The notes beneath the pieces are model-generated. The model did no database searches and was not told the DNA's origin. It worked only from the letters and a program-made list of their open reading frames with translations. Positions 53,666 to 64,000 of a DNA stretch of 64,000 nt are shown piece by piece. The number at the start of each line of letters is the position of its first letter. Positions within the stretch are counted from its first letter, which is position 1. The position numbers and the translations under genes are program-made. This DNA is from Camelus dromedarius (Eukaryota). The stretch is from assembly GCF_036321535.1 (NCBI RefSeq), contig NC_087437.1:37636001-37700000 (forward strand), given 5' to 3'.

Positions 53666-54120
53666 ACACAAAATCTGTGGTATGTAGCAAAAGCAGTCCT
53701 AAGAGGCAAGGTCATAGTGATACAGGCCTCCCTCAAAGAACAAGAACAATCTCAAATAAACAACCTAAACTATCACCTAAATGAATTAGGAAAAGAAGAG
53801 CAAACAAAACCTAAAGTCAATAAAAGGAAAGAAATAATAAAAATTAAGGAGGAAATAAATAAAATAGATTAAAAATAGAAAAAAATCAGTCAGACCAAGA
53901 GCTGGCTCTTTGAAAGAGTAAACAAAATCAAAAAAACCTTTGGCCAGGCTCACCAAGAAGAAAAGAGAGAGGACACAAATAAACAAAATAAGAAAGGAAA
54001 ATGGAGAAATTACAACCATTACTACAGAAATACAAAAAAATATAAGAGAATACTATTAACAGCTGTGTAGAAACAAATTGGACAACCTAAAAGAAATAGA
54101 CAAGTTTCTAGAAATATACA
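53666..54120 (+). mobile_element. L1 5'-inverted ORF2 segment of the same insertion
   Basis: Plus-strand ORF2 peptide [15 protein letters not shown]...QINNLNYHLNELGKEEQTKPK, running to ttctagaaatatacagc. TSD gctcacaatctac at 50848-50860 and 54121-54133. Confidence 0.93.
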
Positions 54121-54614
54121 GCTCACAATCTACCCTTAATAATTTATTTTTACTGAGTATTAATCACATATGCCTTCACTGAAAATAAATAATTTAATAC
54201 CATTATTTCTAACAATTGCAGAATCATAAGTTTATAAACATGTTCCTGAGAATTTACTTAGACTTTCAGAAATGTCTTATAACTGTATTGCCAGCTATAT
54301 CTTCACTGAAAGCATAAGAAAAAGAACGTATGTGTTGTAAGCTGAAAAAAAATATTGAAAGGATATTGAGTAATAAAAAAACAAAATCACCACAAAGAAA
54401 ACGGAGGAATAAAGGAAGTTAGGCAGTACCTAGTCCTATAGCCAAAATCATTTTAGCAATGTGTTCCCCACTGGCAGTGCCGCTGATCATTGAATGTCAC
54501 AGCTTGTTTTACTGCTACAACGCTAGGCTCTGGTTGTGGCTCCTGCTGTCACTGCTACTTCTGTTTCTGGAAACCACTGTCACCTCTCCTGGCACAATAA
54601 TGGTTCCTCCACTG

Positions 54615-54642
54615 TCTGAATAAGAGCATCTGAATAAGAGCA
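54615..54642. repeat. 14-bp perfect tandem duplication
   Basis: tctgaataagagca x2. Confidence 0.85.
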
Positions 54643-55039
54643 CTTAGTTCACTTGCTCATGCACCCAAATAAAGGAGCCCTGGGAAGAATTTCTTTTTCT
54701 TTATCTGGGTTCTTTGGCTTCTAGAGTCAGGGATCAATTCCATCTGCAATTAAGATTCATAGAATAGGTACATTCCAATACAGAAGGTGAATTCATATTT
54801 AGGGTAACAGAAGCAATAACAACAAGACAAAAAGCAAATATCCACTAAGTGTAGCAGAAATTAAAGAGACTGATGAGTTAAGATCTGTTGAACTTTTGGG
54901 TATAAGAGGTCAACTTTAGTTCACTAAAATATAAGCTGTAAGGAACCATGGAAATCATCTCATTTAGCCGCTTCATTTTTTGTCCCCTGAGGCAACAAAG
55001 TTTGAGTGGTTAAATGACTTGTCTATTGAAAACTAGCAT

Positions 55040-55560
55040 GTTATTCATTAACTAATTTAGTAGATACTCAACACCTAATATGTATTAGACATAATTTCTA
55101 TTGCTGGTGAAATAGAAAATAATAATAGTAGTAGTACTGGAAGAAGGAGGAGGAGGAGGAGACATTTTCTGTCCTCAAATACCTTATATTCTAATTAAAG
55201 ATGACTGATAAAAAGCAAGTAATCAGATTGAGTCATGATATTTTTAGAAAATGTTCATTTATGTATTGGGCAATGACCAGGAAGTGACTGGGTGTGGAAG
55301 TCAGAAAGAGAAGTTGGGTTACACTGAGGAAATGACTTTACAATTAAAACTTGGATGATAAATAGGCAGCTTCCAAAGATCCAAGGTAAGGGTATCTCAA
55401 GGAAGAAATCAACTCATTCAAAAGTCATGATGAATGAATAAGCTTGGTGTGTTCAAGGTACAAAAAGAAGTCTTGTATTGCTACACATAAGGAAACAAGG
55501 AACATAGTGGTATGAGATTGAAGAGATAAATTTTAGAATCTGGCTCATTTAGGACATTAT
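55040..55560 (-). mobile_element. L2 remnant (degraded)
   Basis: ttattcattaactaatttag...cacctaatatgtattagaca...ctgaggaaatgactttacaattaaaacttggatgata...agcttggtgtgttcaagg. Confidence 0.55.
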
Positions 55561-56039
55561 AGGTTTTGATTTTAGATGAAAATTGAATATTAGTATGATT
55601 ACTGTTCCCTTGTGTGTAGTTTTTTTCTGAAAGTTTTCAATTTTCTTTTTATCTTTTTATTCAGTATTCAACATTTTCACATTTATGTTTTCCAGGTCAT
55701 TTTCTTCATTTTCTTTTGTCATTCGGTAGCACTTTGCAGTCTAGACAAGATCTTTCTTCAGTTCATAGATATTTTCTCATATTATTTCTTTGATCATTTC
55801 TCCATCCATCCTATCCATTCTTATGTTCTAAAATGCCTTTTTAATGTCTTTTATGGAGATATGGATATATATCATATTTCTGAGCATTTAATTTCTATTT
55901 TAGAATAATATTTTTACTGGTTCTTCCATTTTATTGTTATGTATAATCCTGTCTCATTTGCTCTTTAGAGTGTATATTAATCAAGTTTTGTTGTTTTGTT
56001 TTGTGTGTGGGAGGATAGATTCATATTTTGAGGTCTAGA

Positions 56040-56335
56040 AACTGAGTTTTAAAAAACATTTCATTCTTCTTTATTTTCTAGTTTAAATTTTTATTATATC
56101 ATTTTAAAAAGCTTTTCTTATTTATTATTCTTATTTGTTTATTTTATTATTTAAAGTTTTTTAAATATTTTACTTGTTTTAATATTCAAATGTAAACTTA
56201 CATAAGAAAAATTTATTTTAATATTTTTACTTCTTTACTTCTTTCATTTATTTCTTTAAATTATTTATTTATTTTAATTTCTTAGTCTTTTTCTTCTACT
56301 AAATTTTATTATTTTCATTAACTTTATTTCCTAGG
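56040..56335. repeat. AT-rich low-complexity tract
   Basis: Almost entirely T/A runs (ttttattatttt...). Confidence 0.7.
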
Positions 56336-59300
56336 ACCCTGATTAGTTCTTTTTGTATTATTGATGGTAATGGGCTTTTTTGTTGTTGTTTTTACTTTGA
56401 TTAAAAACTTTCTTTAATGTTGTTGTTTGTAAATGTTTTATGTCTCAAGATTTTCCACTCCATTTGAAGGGAAAGGGTTTAATTTGAACTGAATTTGTGG
56501 CTAGTAGCTAGAGTGTATTTTCTCATTAAGTAGTTAGGGTCACTATCCTGCTTCTCTGTTCTCATTAATCACTGAGAATCTTCAGTGTCAGAATTTACTA
56601 ATTTAGTTTTAGCTTTTGATGCAGGGACTCCTTATGCTATTTCTCTAAGATTTTATAAAGCACTTTAATTAATTACCCAATTACATTGAGTTACTCACAT
56701 GATTGATTACAATTTTGATTAATTTAATTGTATGATTGAAATATTTTTAATATTTTTAAACTAGAATTTTGAGCAAGTGTAAAAGTAGAAGAAGTACATT
56801 TTCAACATGTAGCATCTCAACAATTTATCTCCCATCCTTTCTCAAGAAGCTCTTGGAACATCTGTTCCACCAAAACAGTAGAAGCCAAGAAAGTAAGCCA
56901 TGGATATGATGCAGGAAGAAAGTTTTTATTTAAAAATACTGTATGTCATTTACCTTTGTGAATTAACATCTTTAAACACTGTATACATATTAACTCATTT
57001 ATATCTTATATATATTATATTATCTTAATTAACTCAAAAATATATATATATATATTTATATCCTGAGAAGTAGGAGTTAAACCCTGTTAGAACTGGCTTT
57101 AAAATGTGCTTGTAAACCCTACAATATACTGGCTCTCCCTATCCATACTGGGAAGGAAATTCACAGAATTATGGTGATGGGATGTTCGAGCCCACAGCTA
57201 TGCAGAAGCTTTTAAAGCTAAGGCCTCTTCAGTTTTTGGTGGCTAGAAGAAAACTCATACAATATGTTATGTTTGATCTCATGGTTAATTGAATTAACTT
57301 TACTTCAATTAAAGAAAGATTTAAAAAAGAGAAAATTTAATTGAAGGAGTATTGGATGATGTGAGAAGGTGCATTATAAAGGACCAAGGAAAACTAAAAA
57401 TGTGAAAAAAAGGTAGTAATTACAAACTTCATGAAAAATGAAGAAACTTTGCCTAAAAAGGAAAAAAAATGTAATATAAGTGCAGTAATAGAAGCACCAA
57501 ATGCTGATTTAACATTAATGTGACATAACTGTATTATGATTGTAGAATAAATGAGTGTAAGAACTAAATAGTTATCCTAATGGGAATAGATAATCTATTA
57601 AATGATAAATTCAGAGTTGGTAGAATTTGTATGTAATTTCAAAATGCAAAAGTAAATGCCAGGATAAACAATTAAGAGAACTTCAGGTCTCCTAATTCTG
57701 GGCAGCAGAATTAGAAGACAGTGGTCTATTTTTCTTTTAAACAACTTTTAGCATTTTCTCCTATAGTTTGAATTTTTAAAACAAGGGCACATCATTTGCT
57801 GAAAACAATAAAAATTTTTTGAATGTAAGAATAGAGGAGAAAGCAAGAGCGATGAATTGACAGAGGAGAACTCTCCACAAACCAGAACCGAGGGGAAGGA
57901 AAAGAGAGTCAATTCTGAAGTTATTTGATAGACTTTATTTTTAATTTGGGCTTAGAATTCAAAACATTAATATAGCTAATTATTTCGTTTTACCTTAGTG
58001 TTTTTAGTAAATTTAAGCTCTCCAGATACATCTCTTCACTTTCTGTGCCAAATGTATTATTCTTCTGTGCTCCCATATAAATTAATTGCATCACTCTTCC
58101 TCACATGTCTCATGTTTCAATTATGACATCCACAATCTACCAGATCATCTCAGCCAGAACCTTGGAGGCGTATTTGGCACCTCTATTCTTTTAATCTCCA
58201 CAGGTCACAGACTACAGTCAGTTCTATCCAATAATACATCCTGTTTTCTCCTTACTCTTCCCCTCACTACTGCTCTGTTTCAAGTCTCATTGTGTTGTTT
58301 ATTTTATTGCAATACCCTTTAAACTGTGAACTTCAAAGTTATCTCTTTTATTAACATTCTTATTATGAATAATTTCAAACATATATGAAAGCAGGGAGAA
58401 AAATATAATGAATCCCCACAGCAGCTAGTTTAAATTATTTTTATTTTACTTTATGTTAATACTAATAAGGGATCTGTGAGTTTATTTACTTTTCATTTAC
58501 TCTATCCCCCCACACCATTTTTGATAGTTGCATATTATCACAGTGCATAGACATTATATACTATTTAATTTGATTATAACCATCATTTAATTTGAAGTAT
58601 GGTTTATACTTAATATTTGCCACAAATCATTATCTGTACTCTTATTTATTCAGTCATTTTAGTTGCATGAATCTTGCTCTCATAGAAGGGTTCATTAAGA
58701 ACAGTATTCCATGTTTATAATAATTTATAAATTATTTATTTGTAAGTAAGTTTGGTTGTAAATAAAATCTTTGGCTCATATTTTCTTTCCTTGAATTTTA
58801 TAAATATATCATTCCATTGATTTGTTGTAGGTAAACTTATTTCATTTATAGTATATTTGCACGGGCTTTACTGCAATCTTCTAATGTTCATTTTAGTCTT
58901 CCTTCCTGTATTCTTAAAGAGAATATGTCAAGATAGCATTTCTAACTTTATGGCTGTAGAACTTCTTTTGTTATTTTTATAGATTTTAAAAAATATAGGC
59001 ATGCATTTTTTTAAATCTGTTGGCTCTCTTTTTTTTTTCCATAACTCTGTCTGAACCTTTTCAATTTAGATTCAAAATCCTATAGCTTCTCTCAGTGTAA
59101 AAATGTTCTGGAAAGGACATCTGGTTAGTGAGTTTCAAAGATCCATAGGACCCGGCCTCTAACACCACAGAATTTAAATAGTCTCGTTACAGATGTCTTT
59201 GAATCAGAATGTGTACAATCCTGACTCAGTTTTGGCTGCTGTGCACTGATTTGCTGACCAGGATTTTCAGAAATATCATCTATCTGTAGGTGATGTGAAG

Positions 59301-59409
59301 TTCTCAGGCTTTCAAGCCTATTAGAGTTTGCTTTGCTTCCCTTCTCAGAGCTTCTTACACCACATAGATCTTGTTTTGTTTTTCGTTTGTTTTTGTGTTG
59401 TGTATGTGT

Positions 59410-59825
59410 TTTATAACAGCTTTACTGAGATATAATTTATATATCACCAAATTCAAATTTTAAAATGTACAATTTAGTAGTTTTTAGTGTATTTATAGGG
59501 TTGTGCAGTTGCAATTACCTAATATTAGAAACTTTCATTGCCTCAAAAAGAAATCCATTAGCAGTCACTCTGCGTTATCCGTTACTGCCAGTTCCTGACA
59601 ACCACTAATCTACTCCACAGATGTGCCTATTCTAGACATTTCATAAAATGGAGTCAAATAATTGTGTGTGTCTGTATGTGTGTGTGCCTGGCTTTTTTCA
59701 CTTAGCATAATGTTTTCAAGACTTACCCATATTGTACCATTTTTATAGTGCTGAATAATATTTCATTATATAGATATACTACCTTTTGTTTATCCAATTA
59801 TCAGATGATGAACATTTGGGTTTTT
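59410..59825 (-). mobile_element. L1MB-like 3' end
   Basis: taacagctttactgagatataattta...ccattagcagtcactc...gcctattctagacatttcata...ttcacttagcataatgttttcaag. Confidence 0.8.
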
Positions 59826-60720
59826 TACCCAGACCATATTTTTACTTTCCAATATCTCCGTAGAGAATTTTATTGCTCCTAGTTCTCTATATCTTCACTG
59901 TACCAAACTCTTAGTCACCCTATTAAGTTTTATTTTACCTAAAGAAAGACTATTTTAAATTTAAATATGCAAGTGCAGAAAAATGTAAGTATAAATGAAA
60001 GTAAAAATGAAAAAATAGTAAGATTTAAATATATTTGAAAAAGTTGTAATTTAGAAATCATAGATGGCTTTAAGGCCTCGATTTGAATGGGCTGTCTTTT
60101 AAAGTTTTGGGTGCTCCTTCAATAGAAATCTTCAACCAGTTATTGGATGACAATCTAACAAATGTTACGGAGAGGCTTCTTGCAACTGTCTGAAAGTCAG
60201 ACAAAATAATCAACAAGATCACATCTGATTCTCTGCTTCTGTAATTTTATTTATCCTATAAATTATGAATTAAACTTTAAGTGATCATTAACATTTTATG
60301 CTGTCAATTCTATATAGAATTAAGTTTTTTGATGGGGCATCTGTTCACATAAAATATAGGCATTTCTATCATTTCACTAAATAGTTATTCCTACAACATC
60401 TTAAGTTCCTTTGCAAAATCTAGCATTAAAAATGACAGAGCTTTGTGGTAAAATTAAGGATAGGCAAGGCCACTAACAATCTGTAAAACTTTGTAATAGA
60501 AACATAAACACAAATAGTGGCATTTCTTATAAATATGCTGGTACGGTTAAAAAAATATATGAAATCTCTAGTAAGTATAAATATTAAAGTACATATATGA
60601 CTTTGTTTACCAAAAAAAAAAAAAAAAAAAGCAAGAATGGTAGCTCTAGAATGAGGAATAAGGAAGGTTTTGAGTTAGGTTGCTTTACTGTGGAGACAAA
60701 AACAAAAATTACGAGGTATA

Positions 60721-61165
60721 GTAAGTAGTATGCCAGGGCTGCCATAACGGATTTCCACAAACTGGGTGGCTTAAAACAACAAACGTTTATTCTCTCATAG
60801 CTCTGGAAGCCCTAATCTAAAGTCAAGGTTTTGTCAGGGCAGTACTCCCTCCAGAAGCTCTAGGGGAAATTTAGTTCCCTGCTTCTTCCAGCCTGTGGTT
60901 GCACTGCTCCAATCTCTGCCTTCATTATCACACAGCCTTGTCCTCTGCGTGTCTTTTCTTCTTCTATCTCAAATCTCCCTTTGCCTTCTTCTTCTAAGGA
61001 TACATTAGTAGATTTAGGGCCCATCCAGATAATCCCGGATGTCTTCATCTCAAGATCCTTAATTACACTTGCAAAGATCCTTTTTCCTAATAAGACAATA
61101 TTCACAGGTTCCAGGAATTAGGATGTAGGCCTGTCTTTTGGGGGCTACCATTTTACCTAATACAC
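60721..61165 (-). mobile_element. MLT1B/C-like MaLR solo LTR
   Basis: agggctgccataac...cacaaactgggtggcttaaaacaaca...tttattctctcatagctctggaagcc...gatttagggcccatccagataatcc...ttcacaggttccaggaattaggatg. Confidence 0.85.
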
Positions 61166-64000
61166 AAATATCACAGCTAACTATGTAATAATCATTTCCA
61201 AGTTAGAAGAGTTTCCCAACTTGATCCAAGAGGTTAATTGTGGGATCAGTGGATTCTTTAATGGTTTGATGCATTCAGCAGATACTTGGCACAAAGCACA
61301 AAAGTGCTAGGGAATATCATGTATGAGCCAACTAATTTACACATCATATTGACATCATTTTCCTGTTTATCAGTTATGTGTGATTAATCCACTTTACAGA
61401 AAATACACATTATAGCAGAAATACTCTATCTCTCAGAACAAGCCATAACAACTATAAATTAGATGAAAACTCTGCCGTGGTTCTAGAATTTTAAGTTTCT
61501 ATCAGTTTTAGAATTTTTAGAAGACCAAAATTATGTTTGATTTATTGAGAAAAACTGACAGAATGGCATAAATCATTTAACTAGAATTTGAAGTGAGTAT
61601 ATACAGCAGCGGGAAAATGATTTTTTATCATATGGCTCTAAAAGTTATGTGTGTACAATATAACCTTATTCCTAAAGAAAGTAGTTTTTGGAACCATTTA
61701 AGTAGAGATATAAAACAGTAATAGATTAATAATGGCTCGCTTAAATATATATGTATACATATTTTTTCCCAAAGAAGATATCATCAAAATACAGACTTAA
61801 TGACTCTTTTCAAGGTTCACAATGAACTACTAAAGTTTAAAATTTTCTAGCTTGGTTTTTACCCTTAGACTATTTTTGTCAACTTTAGCAATGTGGAGCA
61901 TACTAAGATGTAGTATTTCCATTAATACCTTTTGTTGACTCAGGCTGAAACAGAATCAGATCCACTGCATGTCTTTGGGGACTAAGAAGGAAATCCTTTC
62001 ATATTTTGTTTCTGTCAGGTATTCTTTTAAGGAGAATATAAAATACCTCACAGGTTAAGAATTATATTTAGAAGAGTCTCTGAAGGATTTGATTACCTTC
62101 TTGAAACCCTACACTGATTTCAGTGAAATCATCTCAAGATACGCAAATACATTACAGAGTATCTCTTATTTTGGAGTAAAAAAAGAGATATTTTGAGATA
62201 TGACCATAGTAGCGTGACATTGCCTTATACTTGCTTCAACAAATTGACAGTTAAAAATACATTTTCCTTACTCAATCACTATTTAGGCTACATTTTATAA
62301 TTTCTCTTAGTAGCACAATTATGTTAAATACTGCTTATAAAAATGAAGATACTTTTAGTAGAAGAAGTATGCAGGCTTTGGATTCACAAAATGCTTTTTA
62401 TATAGAGTGTAAACAGATTCTCTTTCAGAAGTAAAGTGGGATTTGCTTTTGAAAAGGGCTGTCAATATTTCATTATTTGTAATATCTTTTTAATGACTTA
62501 TTTTATCATTTTTATGACTGGGAACTATACTCTAAAGAGGGAGAGAATATTGCAAGCATTCTCCAACTATGTATCCCCTTTTATTTTGATCCCTTATTGT
62601 CTTAAATTCTTAGTTACATTTTTATGTCAGTTTACTTAGTCATTTGGTGGATTCCAAAAAGTATCATAATACAAATTTAAGACCCTCTCCCATATATATC
62701 TTTAGCAGTTTCTTGATGATTATATTTTAAGTTATTTCAACAAATTCTACAGTTTTAAGCACACAGTATTGTATATGATGCACATAGTATTAAATATGTT
62801 ATATATATTTGAGCACATAGTATTAATACTGTGTGGGCAAGTTGGATAGGACATGGTTCCCATGAATGTGGCCTTTCGATCAGTACAGAAGAGCTCCACA
62901 AGTCAGAGGGCCTTGACTATAACTAAATTTATTATAGAACACATGGCTGTTTCTGCTCAGCACAACACATAAACTTAAATATTTGCTGTCATGATTAACA
63001 CCATTCAGATCCCAGGAAAAGCTTCATTACGTATGTTGGCACTTGTTCTTGAAGCAAACGGTGACTGTATCCAAATATTTTGAAGATTTGTGGGCTGTAC
63101 TGTTGCCAGTGTCAAAGACTGACTTCCTTGGACTGCAGAGAAAGTTTGAGAGATAGAAACACTTTAAAAAAATAGACTAATTATTTTGAAAATCCTTTCT
63201 TTCAGCTAACACGAATGTGTTAGATTCTTACATAATGAAGTACTGTTTCCCAGGAATGCCAAGTGTCCATTTTCTTGCATCTCTTTGTTCTCTGATTTGT
63301 GAGCCTTAAGGTACTCAGAAGTAAGTAACATTTTTTGCAACTGTTGCACATTCTGGCTGAGGAACTTTTCAATATTTAACAATTCATATTACTCTCAATG
63401 AAGATTCCATCATCACTCTTGATGAAGGATGTGTGCTCAAGAGATATCTGCTCATACAGGGGAAGGAGAAGCAGAAAAATGGTTGAAGATAGTATTACAG
63501 GATTAAGCCTCACATTTTGGCTGGATAATTTATTTTTGACTCTAGGGTCCAAACAAAATAAGTTTTGTTAATCCATTGATATCATAATTTTTTTCCATTT
63601 TTAAGTTGTAGACTGTTACCTACCTCCTGAATTTTTGGAGTTAGATTCAATGTATTTTTATTTTTTAATTTAAGATTTATTTGTGGCATTACTTCTGAGC
63701 CCATATACATTTCTGGGGGTATCTTTTAGTTTTCTGCATGATAGATAATAACTTGAAAGGGCATAATTTTCTAATTATTAACTTTTTTTTTAGAATCCTA
63801 TCAAGTACTCCATTGTTTTCTGCAGAAGAAAGATCTGAAATTAACTTGCTATTTATTCCTTTTTCTATATAGATGACTCTCAGCTTTATTTCTTTATAAA
63901 TAGAAAATTTGCTAGGCTATATATGGTTCAAATTTCCTTTTATTTATTTATTTCCTTAGAATGTAGTAATAGTTTGTATGTGCATTCTCATTTCGCTTTA

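Noticed and set aside
62760..62830. Three short cacatagtatt-like repeats with spacers
   Set aside because: Short AT-rich degenerate repeats in mammalian DNA, not a CRISPR-like array.

Overview
Mammalian genomic DNA, AT-rich, with no intact protein-coding gene that I can support. There are no Alu, Bov-A/tA, PRE or SINEC elements, and the young L1 3' ends resemble camelid L1s as I recall them, so a camelid is a tentative guess. The left ~2.6 kb is a CpG-enriched, promoter-like region with G-quadruplex motifs, splice-donor matches on both strands, a (TC)36 tract, CCAAT/GC boxes and a (GT)24 tract. The remaining ~60 kb is intergenic or intronic sequence with old repeats (L2, MIR, L1M, MER5/20/33, MLT1, MER21-, LTR16- and ERV1-like solo LTRs) and three younger L1 insertions with target-site duplications. 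Most notable are a twin-primed, 5'-inverted L1 (50848-54133), a strong CTCF site in an isolated CpG cluster (~12.9 kb), a ~260-bp dispersed duplication carrying an everted nuclear-receptor repeat (19258-20537), and a strong minus-strand bias of L1s that hints at a long plus-strand transcript. I found no convincing novel biological system. Repeat family names come from recalled consensus sequences, not a database search.
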